Virus record (IMG/VR): IMGVR_UViG_3300009008_003296
Span: 13,182-77,181 of that record
Strand: one strand, 5' to 3'
DNA from: a virus
Length of the DNA: 64,000 nucleotides
Positions within the stretch are counted from its first letter, which is position 1. Every line of letters starts with the position of its first letter. The notes under the pieces were generated by a model. That model saw nothing but the letters and a program-made list of their open reading frames with translations, was not told the DNA's origin and made no database searches. Positions 1 through 9,872 of this stretch are shown piece by piece. Made by a program: the position numbers and the translations under genes.

Positions 1-420
1 ATACACTTAGGGAACCTTGAGTCTAAAAGAGACTGGGGTGATTCAGAAGATTTTATAAGAGCTGTCTGGCTTATGATGCAGCAAGATAATCCATGTGATT
101 ATGTAGTAGCGTCAGGAGAAACCCACTCTATCCGAGAGTTTGTTGAGGCTTCTTTTAAGTCAGCTGGTATTCCTTTTGAGGCTACAAATAATGATTTAAC
201 TACAGACGAATTAAGCGTAGCTTATACGCTTAAAGACGCCCCCGATGTTCCTTTGGTGTATGTAAATCCTAAATATTTTAGGCCTGCAGAGGTTAAATTA
301 TTGCTAGGGGACCCAAGTCGCATTGAAAAAGAATTAGGGTGGAAGCGCAATGTTTCTTTTGAAAAACTAGTTGACAAGATGACAGAACATGATATACTTA
401 CTCTTAGCAATACTCTTTGA
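1..420 (+). CDS. gmd: GDP-mannose 4,6-dehydratase, C-terminal part (truncated by window start)
   Basis: Frame open from base 1: LGNLESKRDWG...DYVVASGETHSIREFV...FRPAEVKLLLGD, typical Gmd C-terminal motifs. Confidence 0.92.
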   Translation: MHLGNLESKRDWGDSEDFIRAVWLMMQQDNPCDYVVASGETHSIREFVEASFKSAGIPFEATNNDLTTDELSVAYTLKDAPDVPLVYVNPKYFRPAEVKLLLGDPSRIEKELGWKRNVSFEKLVDKMTEHDILTLSNTL

Positions 421-444
421 GTGTAAACTATTGATTAACCTCTA

Positions 445-2382
445 ATGACGACTAAAAAAGACGCCACACCTATCATCTCGGACGATTTCGTAGCAAAATA
501 TAAAAACAAACAACCTAAATGGGGCTTTAATGGTCTTGGATATATCGTTTACAAGCGCACCTACTCCAGACTAAAAGACGACGGTTTACTGGAAGAGTGG
601 CCTGAAACCATTGCACGGTGCATTAATGGTGCCCAAAAAATTGGAGCAAAATATACAAAAAAAGAAGCTGAAAGACTGTTTGATTTAGTTTTTAACCTAA
701 AGTGCAACTTCGCCGGTCGCGGCCTCTGGCAACTAGGAACCTCAACCGTGGACCGCTTTGGCGGCAATAGCTTGCTAAATTGTTGGTTTACCGCTATCAA
801 AAAACCTGAGGATTTTTGTTTTATTTTTGAAAATTTAATGTTAGGGGGAGGCGTAGGCTATTCTATTCGTCGAGAAGATATCCATGAACTACCTCGCGTT
901 AAGCGTGGCGTTAATATTGAGGTTAAAAACACAAGCGATGCTGATTTTATTGTGCCCGACAGTCGCGAAGGGTGGGTACGTTTGTTACAAAAAGTTTTAG
1001 ACGCTTTTTTTACTACAGGACAGTCTTTCAATTATTCTACTGTTCTTGTCCGCGGCGCCGGAACACCTATCCATGGTTTTGGGGGGACCGCCAGCGGGCC
1101 TGAGATTCTTATTGATGGAACTGCAAAAATTTGCGAAGTGATTAAGGCTCGTGAAGGTAAAAAGCTCCGCAGCTTAGATGTTTTAGATATAGCTAACATT
1201 ATTGGCTCTGTTGTCGTAGCAGGAAACGTTCGTCGATCTGCTGAAATAGCATTAGGAGATCCTGATGACTTCCTATACCTTAAAGCTAAAAGATGGGACC
1301 TCGGAAACATTCCTAACTGGAGAGCTATGAGCAACAATACTATTTATTGTGATAGTTATGATCATATTATGGAAGGAGTGTGGGACGGTTACGCTGGAAA
1401 CGGTGAGCCCTATGGATTTTTTAATCTTGCTTTGAGCTCTAAGTATGGTCGAACAGGAGAAAAAAGCAGAGAGAATTGCGAAGGCACCAACCCTTGCGGG
1501 GAAATTTCTTTAGCCAATAAGGAGTGTTGCAATCTTGCGGAGCTCTATTTAAATAATATAGAATCCAAAGAAGAATTAGCAGAATGCTCCACATTATTAT
1601 ACAAAACACAAAAAGCTATCTGCGCTCTTCCTTTTATTCACGAAGATACAAATAAAATAGTCCACAAAAACTTTCGCATTGGGCAAGGAGTCACGGGCCT
1701 ATGCCAATCTTTTGAAAAGATTCCATGGCTAGACTACTGTTATAAAGAATTGCGCCAATTTGACAAAGAGTGGAGCGCCAAAAATAATTGGCCCGAGAGC
1801 ATTAAACTCACTACGGTTAAGCCTAGTGGCACTTTAAGCCTACTAGCTGGCGCTACTCCCGGTGTACACCCTGCCTATTCTCAATATTACATTCGACGCG
1901 TGCGTATGTCTAGCGATGACCAGCTTGTGGAAACCTGTAAAGGGCTTGGATACCATGTGGAATACGTTAAGAATTTTGACGGCTCACTTAATAGAGATAC
2001 GGTGATTGTGGAGTTTCCTTGTGAATCTGGCAAAAACGCTACATTAGCCAAAAACATGAAAGCTGTCGACCAATTAGAGCTAGTCAAAACAATTCAGAAA
2101 GAATGGTCTGATAATGCAGTTTCCTGTACGGTTTATTATCGCAAGGAAGAGCTCGACGATATCAAAGAATGGCTTAGTAAGAACTATAAAAATAATATCA
2201 AAAGCGTATCTTTTTTATTACACCAAGACCACGGGTTTGACCAAGCCCCGTACGAGGAAATAAACAAGGAAGAATATAACAAAATTAAGAAAAATATTAA
2301 AAAAATTAAACCCCAAGCAATCTCTAATGGCAAACAAATAGAGGGGTTGGAATGCGCCGGAGGAGCATGCCCCATTAAATAA
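445..2382 (+). CDS. nrdJ: Class II (adenosylcobalamin-dependent) ribonucleotide reductase, monomeric RTPR-like
   Basis: YKRTYSR, LNCWF, GGGVG, GNVRRSAEI, TNPCGEI (radical Cys), TVKPSGT, C-terminal CAGGACP; no intein seen. Confidence 0.93.
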   Translation: MTTKKDATPIISDDFVAKYKNKQPKWGFNGLGYIVYKRTYSRLKDDGLLEEWPETIARCINGAQKIGAKYTKKEAERLFDLVFNLKCNFAGRGLWQLGTSTVDRFGGNSLLNCWFTAIKKPEDFCFIFENLMLGGGVGYSIRREDIHELPRVKRGVNIEVKNTSDADFIVPDSREGWVRLLQKVLDAFFTTGQSFNYSTVLVRGAGTPIHGFGGTASGPEILIDGTAKICEVIKAREGKKLRSLDVLDIANIIGSVVVAGNVRRSAEIALGDPDDFLYLKAKRWDLGNIPNWRAMSNNTIYCDSYDHIMEGVWDGYAGNGEPYGFFNLALSSKYGRTGEKSRENCEGTNPCGEISLANKECCNLAELYLNNIESKEELAECSTLLYKTQKAICALPFIHEDTNKIVHKNFRIGQGVTGLCQSFEKIPWLDYCYKELRQFDKEWSAKNNWPESIKLTTVKPSGTLSLLAGATPGVHPAYSQYYIRRVRMSSDDQLVETCKGLGYHVEYVKNFDGSLNRDTVIVEFPCESGKNATLAKNMKAVDQLELVKTIQKEWSDNAVSCTVYYRKEELDDIKEWLSKNYKNNIKSVSFLLHQDHGFDQAPYEEINKEEYNKIKKNIKKIKPQAISNGKQIEGLECAGGACPIK

Positions 2383-2427
2383 GGAAAAATTTCCAAAACG
2401 CCTAAAAAAGGTGTAAAATATTATTGC

Positions 2428-3237
2428 ATGAAATATCCAGACTCTTATCTACCAGCCGGAAACGAGCTAGAGGTCGACTTTAGCCCTTCTATCCGCAAAC
2501 AAGCGGATGCTAAAAAATTTACCAGCAAAGAGGTTAACAACCTCCCTGATTCTGACTTTGCTTATATTTCACCGGGAGGCAAGAAGGATTCCGAAGGTAA
2601 AACAACCCCTCGTTCTTTGAGGCACCTGCCTATTCCCGATGCCGCACATGTGCGTAACGCTTTGGCGCGCCTCAATCAAACAGATATTCCGCCTGCAGCC
2701 AAGAAGGAAGCTTTGGCTAAAATTAAACGTAAAGCGAAAGAACTTGGAGTAGAGGTATCGAAATCTGACGCCGGGATTAAAGACGGCAACGCAGATTATC
2801 CAACTTCCGAGGATCGCACTTCGGCCAAAACAAAAAAAGAGTGGGATAAAGTAGACAAGAAAGAACTCAAAAAGGATACTAAAAAAGAAAAAAAGGAGCA
2901 CGAAGAGGATGCTATAAAAGACGATGAGTCAAAAATTAAAAAGCTTAAAAAAGGAACCCCTTCGGAAAAGAAAAGCGTAGAGATCCATGATATTAAAAAA
3001 GATGAAAAGTTTGATAAGAAAAATAAGAAAGCCGACGCTGCAGAGTTCCCAGAGGTAGCTTTTAAACCAGCTCCTTTTGATGGAGTTTTAGAGAGCGCTC
3101 CCTATTCTAAACTTTTAGAGCCTGTTGATTGGGATAAGCTTAAAAAAGAACTTAATTTTAATAACCTATGGTTCAAAAAACCCAAGGCCCCCAAAGCGGA
3201 TTACCGTAAATTTTTAGACCCTAACTACACTCCTTAA
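2428..3237 (+). CDS. DUF6582-like domain protein with long Lys/Asp/Glu-rich region
   Basis: LPDSDFAY...RHLPIPDAAHVRNALARLNQ followed by a KDE-rich low-complexity segment. Confidence 0.6.
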   Translation: MKYPDSYLPAGNELEVDFSPSIRKQADAKKFTSKEVNNLPDSDFAYISPGGKKDSEGKTTPRSLRHLPIPDAAHVRNALARLNQTDIPPAAKKEALAKIKRKAKELGVEVSKSDAGIKDGNADYPTSEDRTSAKTKKEWDKVDKKELKKDTKKEKKEHEEDAIKDDESKIKKLKKGTPSEKKSVEIHDIKKDEKFDKKNKKADAAEFPEVAFKPAPFDGVLESAPYSKLLEPVDWDKLKKELNFNNLWFKKPKAPKADYRKFLDPNYTP

Positions 3238-3437
3238 TGCAACGCAATTATAGCTTTAGTCGCAATGACGAGATTGAGCCTACAGGGGGGCAAATACAGA
3301 CTGATGTAAACACTTCTATTCGCGGCACAGACCCCCCTCTTGATGCCGTTTTAAGTGGGGTTCAAAGCTTCGTTATTGCTTGTGGGTTTGACATTGGGAA
3401 TAGCGGCATAGCTGCTGTGCCCCCTCCTTCAGAATAA
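3237..3437 (+). CDS. hypothetical protein
   Basis: TAATG overlap with upstream stop; 66 aa. Confidence 0.55.
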   Translation: MQRNYSFSRNDEIEPTGGQIQTDVNTSIRGTDPPLDAVLSGVQSFVIACGFDIGNSGIAAVPPPSE

Positions 3438-3642
3438 AGTTTTTATTTTTTCTTGACTCCCAAAGCACCTTCGGTTATGCTTGTCCCGCTAAGAGACGCA
3501 CATGAGCCTACACCATTCTTTTTCTGGCTACTTTGAAGGAACCAAAGTGGTTCAAAAAAATGGTTGACAAAGCGCCCAGATGTAGGTTATACTAAATTCT
3601 TCGAATCAGAGCTTTTACGCTCCCATGTTATTTTTAAAGTTT

Positions 3643-3990
3643 ATGGCCCAAAAGAAAAAAAACAAAAGAAGAATTCAAGATGTAGTTAGAAAGCATCTGA
3701 TTGCCCCTAAATATGAAAAGAAAAAATTCTGGGCAAAAGAGATGATGATCTTGAAAAGATTGATGCAGAAATATAATAATGAAGACTTTTGGCACAAGGC
3801 AGACTTTGGCAAGCAATTGAATAGTTTTGCTCAATTTTACGCTCTACCTTACAATAAGATGCTTGAAACTAAATACCAAGAATTTCACTTAAAAATTGAA
3901 ACCCCTGCTCCTCTTACGCTAGGCGACAAGTCCGGAACAGATCGAGTTTTCTCTCCTACCAAAACATTAAAAAACTTTCTAAATGGCTAG
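3643..3990 (+). CDS. hypothetical protein upstream of recA
   Basis: ORF 3625-3990, likely start MAQKKK at 3643; overlaps recA start; sigma70-like promoter at 3564. Confidence 0.6.
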   Translation: MAQKKKNKRRIQDVVRKHLIAPKYEKKKFWAKEMMILKRLMQKYNNEDFWHKADFGKQLNSFAQFYALPYNKMLETKYQEFHLKIETPAPLTLGDKSGTDRVFSPTKTLKNFLNG

Positions 3991-5119
3991 AACAAAAAAA
4001 GAAGTACCCAAGGGGCTGTCCCCCAATGATTTAATCAAGTCTTTTTTAAAATCTACTGAAAAAGACCACTATAACTACGAAGAAAGCTACGATTACCAAG
4101 TGTCTAGCGGAAGCCTAATCTTAGATTTTGAGCTAGGAGGAGGGTTGGGCCCGGGGTTGCATCGCTTTACAGGGGTCAATGAAGGAGGCAAGACATCCGA
4201 GGCGCTAGAAGTAATGAAAAATTTTCTTGCGACTGTCCCTAATTCTCGTGGGTTTTATATTAAAGCGGAGGGGCGCCTTACTAAACAGATGAGAGAGCGC
4301 TCAGGAGTGGATTTTGTCTTTAAAGAAGATGAGTGGGACAAGGGAAATTGTTTTGTTTTTGAGTGCAACATTTACGAGACTGTTGTGGAGGCCTTAAGGC
4401 TTCTTGTAGGCAAGAATGCAGACGACACTCGGTATTGTTTTATTCTAGATTCGGTTGATGGGTTAATTTCCAAAGCAGATACCCTTAAAACCTTTGAGGA
4501 GTCACGTAAAGTTGCAGGGGGCGCAGTGATAGCGGCTGACTTTATGAAGCGCGTTAGTATCGGTCTGGCTAAGCGAGGTCATATGGCCTTGTTTATTTCT
4601 CAAGTTAGAGCTGATATACAACTGGACCCCTACTCTAAAGCCCCAATTCGCCAAACTACGGCGACAGGAGGCAACGCTTTATTGCATTTTGCTAATTTTA
4701 TTCTTGAGTTCGAGCCGCGATTTAAAAAAGACTGGATATTAGAGAAGCCTAACGATAAGCACGACCCCGAAAAAAATAAAATTGTTGGGCACTATGCCAA
4801 AATAACAGTTAAGAAAAGCCCCAACGAAAAAACCAACGCGGTCATAAAATACCCAATTCTTTATGGGCGCAAAGGCGGAAAAAGTATTTGGGTAGAAAAA
4901 GAAATCTTAGACATGTTATTTTTATGGGAGTTTGCCCACAGAAAAGGGGCAGGATGGATAGAATTTGACCCAGAGCTTCTTAATATAATGTCAGAAGCGA
5001 AAATCGATTTTCCCCAAAAAATACAAGGCGAAAACCAGTTCGATAATTTTTTAGAAGAAAACCCAGATGCCAAAGAGCACCTAATGGATTACTTTAAAAA
5101 AATGGTGCTCTCCATTTAA
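3983..5119 (+). CDS. recA: RecA/UvsX-like recombinase
   Basis: Walker A GVNEGGKT, ILDSV Walker B, FISQVR, TGGNALLHFA, KKGAGWI-like C-terminal motif. Confidence 0.88.
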   Translation: MARTKKEVPKGLSPNDLIKSFLKSTEKDHYNYEESYDYQVSSGSLILDFELGGGLGPGLHRFTGVNEGGKTSEALEVMKNFLATVPNSRGFYIKAEGRLTKQMRERSGVDFVFKEDEWDKGNCFVFECNIYETVVEALRLLVGKNADDTRYCFILDSVDGLISKADTLKTFEESRKVAGGAVIAADFMKRVSIGLAKRGHMALFISQVRADIQLDPYSKAPIRQTTATGGNALLHFANFILEFEPRFKKDWILEKPNDKHDPEKNKIVGHYAKITVKKSPNEKTNAVIKYPILYGRKGGKSIWVEKEILDMLFLWEFAHRKGAGWIEFDPELLNIMSEAKIDFPQKIQGENQFDNFLEENPDAKEHLMDYFKKMVLSI

Positions 5120-5120
5120 A

Positions 5121-5522
5121 ATGACTTTTCAAACGCTTCTAGGAAAAAGGCGCAGAATTAAGCGTCCTGTAATTTACTTAATCAATTGGGAAAAAAACAG
5201 TCGTAGCAAATTACAAAGCAAGGTTAAAAATTTTTTAAAAGTTTTTTGGGACGGAGATGTAGTTTTTGAAGAGTTTCCAGTAGTTGGAACACGCCTAACA
5301 TTGGATTTTTATAATGCGACGAAAGATATAGCTATAGAAGTACAAGGAAGCCAGCACACAAAATACAATAAATTCTTTCATAAAGGAAATAAAATAAATT
5401 ATTTAAATCAATTAAAAAGAGACGACGACAAACTATCCTTTTGTGACCTGAATGGTATTAGATTACTTGAGGTTCACGAAGGCAATCTTGATTTTGCCTC
5501 TCTGTATAAAGAAATAGTGTAA
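5121..5522 (+). CDS. DUF559/Vsr-like PD-(D/E)XK endonuclease
   Basis: EEFP...LDFY...AIEVQGSQH...RDDDKLSFC...GIRLLEV. Confidence 0.75.
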   Translation: MTFQTLLGKRRRIKRPVIYLINWEKNSRSKLQSKVKNFLKVFWDGDVVFEEFPVVGTRLTLDFYNATKDIAIEVQGSQHTKYNKFFHKGNKINYLNQLKRDDDKLSFCDLNGIRLLEVHEGNLDFASLYKEIV

Positions 5523-5528
5523 ACATAT

Positions 5529-5795
5529 ATGGATATGTACGAAGACTTACCTGACCGCCCCCTAGAGGAGTTTACTATTCCTAATAGCTTTTTAGACAAA
5601 CTATTTGAGTTTACGGGGGACGGCGATGACGGGGGTTTTATTTTAGCCTATGTCACACAAGATGGACGCCCCCTTATTCAGTGTAAAATTGGCTCCCAGA
5701 TTGTGGAAATGGGGCTACGAAAAGCATTGGAAAAATTCCTTGACGACATGGAACTGGGCGAAAAAGCGCTCTCCGAAGACCAACCTCCTTCATAA
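5529..5795 (+). CDS. hypothetical acidic protein
   Basis: Clean ORF in gene train, GTGTAAA motif upstream. Confidence 0.6.
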   Translation: MDMYEDLPDRPLEEFTIPNSFLDKLFEFTGDGDDGGFILAYVTQDGRPLIQCKIGSQIVEMGLRKALEKFLDDMELGEKALSEDQPPS

Positions 5796-5798
5796 AAC

Positions 5799-6155
5799 AT
5801 GAGTTCGACATCTGTGCCAATTATAGACAAAGAGTGGGGACACGAAAAGTGGCTTGTTAACAATAAAAAAGAAAATTATTGTGGCAAAATTCTTCATATT
5901 AACGAAGGGCATCGTTCATCAATGCACTACCATGTAAAAAAGCACGAAACTTTTTATATTCTTTCTGGTACACTGCAAGTTGACATGATTAATACTGTCA
6001 CAGGTGAAGTTATTACTTATATCGTACAAAAAGGGGAAACTTTTGAGGTAGAGCGCAACGACCCCCATCAACTAATTGCTGTGGATGGTCCCGTTGAGTT
6101 TATTGAAATTAGCACCTTTCACGAAGATAGTGACAGCCTAAGAGTCTGGAAATAG
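5799..6155 (+). CDS. Cupin-fold protein (mannose-6-phosphate isomerase/sugar isomerase-like)
   Basis: KEWGHEKW...YCGKIL...SSMHYH.KKHETFY...PHQL...EIST cupin metal motifs. Confidence 0.8.
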   Translation: MSSTSVPIIDKEWGHEKWLVNNKKENYCGKILHINEGHRSSMHYHVKKHETFYILSGTLQVDMINTVTGEVITYIVQKGETFEVERNDPHQLIAVDGPVEFIEISTFHEDSDSLRVWK

Positions 6156-6196
6156 TTCTTGACTTTGTTTGGTTGTAACGCTACAGTAGTATTGGT

Positions 6197-7717
6197 ATGA
6201 TATTTTCACTAGAGCTTGAACAACATCTTCTTTCCGCGCTTATCAAACACCCTGAGAAGTACGGCAATATTGCTAGCTTTATTGATGAGAATGATTTTTG
6301 TGCAGACGAGAACTCTATAAATAAAACTATTTTTTATGTGCTTAGGCAAGCGCTAGAAAACGCAGAGCAGATGGACGAAGTGCTTTTGTCCCAGCGTGTG
6401 GACGCCCTTAATATCAGCTTTCCAAATGATATTAAAATTTCTGATTATATTCGCTCTTTAGCCTTGCGCAAAGTTTCTCCAAACAATGTAGAAAAAATAG
6501 CCCAAGAGCTTAAAAAATATACCGTTAGACGCGAAATCTTTGATGGCGCAAAAAGAGTGGCGGACTCTATGCGCAAAATGTCTCCTTGCACCTCATACAA
6601 TGACATCATAGAAAGCGCAGACAACACCTTTAACGAGAAAATTAATTTTTTTGATGCTGGCCCTAGTAGCCCCGTTAATATCTCTGACGAGATGGAGGAA
6701 TGGATAGAGGTTAGAGGCAATAACCCCGTTACGGAGTTTGGCCTTATGAGCCCTTACAAGCGCGTCAATGATCTTTATGGCTCCCTATTGCGTCCGGGCA
6801 ATATAACGGTCGTGGTGGCTCGCTCAGGGGTCGGGAAGACGCGTTTTTGTATGGACTTTTGTACCAAAGTGTCTTCTCAGTACGGAGTTCCTGTTTTGCA
6901 TTTTGATAATGGTGAAATGTCAAAAGAAGAGCTTATTGTGCGCCAATGTTCGGCTTTAAGTGGCGTGTCAGCTAACCTACTAGAGACAGGCCAATGGAGA
7001 CAAGCCGGAGAAGAAATTGTGAACAAGGTTCGCGCCGTTTGGAAAACGGTAAAAAATATTAAGTTTTATTATTATAATGTGGGAGGGATGAGCGTGGATA
7101 ACATGACAGCAACCTTACGACGCTTTTACTATTCCAAAATAGGCAGAGGGAATCCCTTGATTTTTTCGTTTGATTACATTAAAACCACCTTCGAGAACAA
7201 TGGAGCGAAGTCAGAATGGCAAATCGTTGGGGAGATGGTAGACAAGTTTAAAAAAACTATTCAAAAAGAAATTCTTTCTGACGGTGGTCCCGTTATCCCT
7301 ATGATTACTTCGGTACAAAGCAATCGATCTGGAATAGTCAACAATAGACAAGCACAGGATGTTGTTGATGACGAAAGTATCGTATCTCTTTCTGATCGCA
7401 TTACTCAATTTTGTTCTCATATGTTTATTTTAAGACAAAAGACTTTAGACGAAACAGCCAATGAGCCGAATTTTGGTACTCATAAATTGATTAATGTGAA
7501 GTCTCGTCACCTTGGCGCCGAATATATGAGAGCCATTAACCCAGTCAGAATGCCAGATGGTTCTTTGCGCAAAAATGCGATTAACCTACAAATGGATGGT
7601 TTTAACGTGGAAGAACGTGGCGACATGGTGGATTTAGTGAGAGCTCTAGATGTTAACGGCGAGCTTGACGCCGATGAAAACGTTGCTGATGATTTTATTC
7701 CGGAGCTTTTACGCTAA
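6197..7717 (+). CDS. dnaB: Replicative DNA helicase, DnaB family
   Basis: ARSGVGKT Walker A, GEMS, FDYIK, VQSNR, KSRH arginine finger. Confidence 0.9.
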   Translation: MIFSLELEQHLLSALIKHPEKYGNIASFIDENDFCADENSINKTIFYVLRQALENAEQMDEVLLSQRVDALNISFPNDIKISDYIRSLALRKVSPNNVEKIAQELKKYTVRREIFDGAKRVADSMRKMSPCTSYNDIIESADNTFNEKINFFDAGPSSPVNISDEMEEWIEVRGNNPVTEFGLMSPYKRVNDLYGSLLRPGNITVVVARSGVGKTRFCMDFCTKVSSQYGVPVLHFDNGEMSKEELIVRQCSALSGVSANLLETGQWRQAGEEIVNKVRAVWKTVKNIKFYYYNVGGMSVDNMTATLRRFYYSKIGRGNPLIFSFDYIKTTFENNGAKSEWQIVGEMVDKFKKTIQKEILSDGGPVIPMITSVQSNRSGIVNNRQAQDVVDDESIVSLSDRITQFCSHMFILRQKTLDETANEPNFGTHKLINVKSRHLGAEYMRAINPVRMPDGSLRKNAINLQMDGFNVEERGDMVDLVRALDVNGELDADENVADDFIPELLR

Positions 7718-8811
7718 TGGAAACCGAAGACATTAAAGAAATCTTAATTGAACTAGGGTTTAAACTACGTGATCGCGGACCCTACTGGCAAACCAATGCG
7801 CTATGGCGCAATGGAGATAACTTTACTGCGGTCCAAATATATAAAGACTCTGGGGTTTGGCGCGACTATGTTGACGACACTTCTTTTTTGCCCTTTCAGG
7901 CACTTATAGAGAAAACCTTAGGAACTAAGGATAAAAAAATACTGTCTCGCTATATTCAGCCTTCTGGCGACGTCAAATCGCCCTCTGCCTTTGAAAAACA
8001 AGATCAAAAAGTTAAAATACAAATGGACGAAACCTATTCATTGGAGTATTTATCCAAATTATTGCCTCATTTTAAATTCTATAACGATAAAGAAATCTCA
8101 AATTTAACATTAAAGCTCTACAAAGGTGGTTTGGCTACCGCTGGTAAGCTGAACGGCAGATTTGTTTTTCCTGTTTTTGATGAAAACGATCCTTCTCAAA
8201 TCATTGGCTTCACAGGGCGCCATTTGCGGTGGAACAGCGAATCAGAGTTTCCCAAGTGGAAGCATGTAGGGCGCAAATCTAATTGGCTTTATCCTATATG
8301 CATTACTGGGCCAGCGGATTTCTGCCCTTTTTTAGAATGCATTCAAGAACGCAGAGAAATTATCGTTGTCGAAAGCATTGGGGATAGTTTGGCATTAACA
8401 GAGAACGGCTTCCTGAACCATCTTGTAGTAGGAGGACTTGACCTAAGCTCAAAGCAGATTTCTTTTTTGCTATCCCAAGAATTGAACCAAATCATTATTG
8501 CTACCAATAATGACGAGTCTAAAGCGGGGCTTCATGCAGCTATTAAAATTTTCGTTAAGCTTTTAAATTATTTTGACATCAATAAACTCCGCATCAATCT
8601 TCCAGTAGGAAATGACTTTGGAGATATGCAGCAAGAAGGTGTAAATTTTACAGAGGCATGGTATAAAAAACCCTTAAACAAAGAGAAGCAAATATCTAAA
8701 ATATACTCTATCCTTAAAAGCAAAGAGGGAATGAATATCGTAAAAAATAAAACAGAAAGAAAGAAAAAAATAAATTTTCTTAAAAATCTACTAGAACAAC
8801 CCAATGTCTAA
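7717..8811 (+). CDS. dnaG: DNA primase (DnaG-like TOPRIM)
   Basis: GRFVFP, IGFTGR, PKW, VVESIGD, NND, NDFGD; translationally coupled to dnaB. Confidence 0.8.
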   Translation: METEDIKEILIELGFKLRDRGPYWQTNALWRNGDNFTAVQIYKDSGVWRDYVDDTSFLPFQALIEKTLGTKDKKILSRYIQPSGDVKSPSAFEKQDQKVKIQMDETYSLEYLSKLLPHFKFYNDKEISNLTLKLYKGGLATAGKLNGRFVFPVFDENDPSQIIGFTGRHLRWNSESEFPKWKHVGRKSNWLYPICITGPADFCPFLECIQERREIIVVESIGDSLALTENGFLNHLVVGGLDLSSKQISFLLSQELNQIIIATNNDESKAGLHAAIKIFVKLLNYFDINKLRINLPVGNDFGDMQQEGVNFTEAWYKKPLNKEKQISKIYSILKSKEGMNIVKNKTERKKKINFLKNLLEQPNV

Positions 8812-9853
8812 AAGAAAACCTGTTTACCTATCAGCTAGCCGCCTCAAAACGGTTAAGATGTGTTCTTGGCTTTATTGGTGCAAATACCACCAGCGTTTAC
8901 CAGACAAGTCTAACGATGGTGCTTCCAGAGGCACTGTTTGCCACCTAATTTTTGAATGTCTCGGAAAGCCCTCGAGAAGGCACTACTATGACTCTATTCT
9001 AAAAAGCAATGATCCGTTTGTTATCCCTTCTATTAAAAGGCTCATACTGTCCACTGCTCAGGCACTTAATGTAGACGACGAAGAGAACATGAGTCTTATT
9101 AAAGATATGATTGCAGCAGGGGTGCGCTACGATTTTTTAGGTAAGAAAAACGGTAAACCAGCCCAGTCCTTTTCAGAGTATGAGTTTGACATGCATGTCA
9201 ACGAAGGAGCAAAAGATTATTATATTAAAGGCTTTATAGATAAGTTGTTTATATACGATAAAAAAAGCTCTGCTTTGATCAGAGACTTTAAAACAAGCAA
9301 ACAGGTCTTCAAAGGGGAAGATAAGAAAAAAAACCTGCAAGACTATATTTACAGCCTCGCTGTTAAATACCTTTTTCCAGATATTAAAAACCGTAATAGC
9401 GAGTTTGTTTTTTTAAAATTTGATTTGGAAAAAGGCGATAAACCTGAAGGCATTATGAAGATGCGTAAAATTTCTAACAAAAAGTTGGATGAGTTTGAAA
9501 TCGAATTAACACAAGCCCAAACATATTTAACAAAATTTAATTATAATTGCGCTATCGGCTCTTATGCCGCAGATAAACCAAACCCCAAAGACGGCAGCTT
9601 TGGTGGCCCTATTGCTTGTGGGAGAGCAAAATACAGAGGTCAACCCAAGAAAGACGGTAGCCCCATGTGGCACTGTACTTACAAATTTCCCTTTGATTAC
9701 TATGGCCTTTTTGATGAGAACGATAATCTGGTAAGTACAGAATTTCCAGATAACTACAGCGTACTCCTCAAAAATAAGAAAAAAAACTTTTCTATTAAAA
9801 AACTACATTACGCAGGGTGCCCTCGGTGGAATTATCTTGACATGCCCATGTAA
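8804..9853 (+). CDS. PD-(D/E)XK nuclease, RecB/AddB/Cas4-like exonuclease
   Basis: LSASRLKT..MC.W.Y, GTVCH, GFIDKL, DFKTSK, C-terminal cysteines. Confidence 0.82.
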   Translation: MSKRKPVYLSASRLKTVKMCSWLYWCKYHQRLPDKSNDGASRGTVCHLIFECLGKPSRRHYYDSILKSNDPFVIPSIKRLILSTAQALNVDDEENMSLIKDMIAAGVRYDFLGKKNGKPAQSFSEYEFDMHVNEGAKDYYIKGFIDKLFIYDKKSSALIRDFKTSKQVFKGEDKKKNLQDYIYSLAVKYLFPDIKNRNSEFVFLKFDLEKGDKPEGIMKMRKISNKKLDEFEIELTQAQTYLTKFNYNCAIGSYAADKPNPKDGSFGGPIACGRAKYRGQPKKDGSPMWHCTYKFPFDYYGLFDENDNLVSTEFPDNYSVLLKNKKKNFSIKKLHYAGCPRWNYLDMPM

Positions 9854-9872
9854 TAGGCTATACTCAGATAGT

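Noticed and set aside
8804-9853. Cas4 as evidence of a CRISPR-Cas system
   Set aside because: No cas1/cas2 or array; sits in the replication operon as stand-alone phage nucleases commonly do
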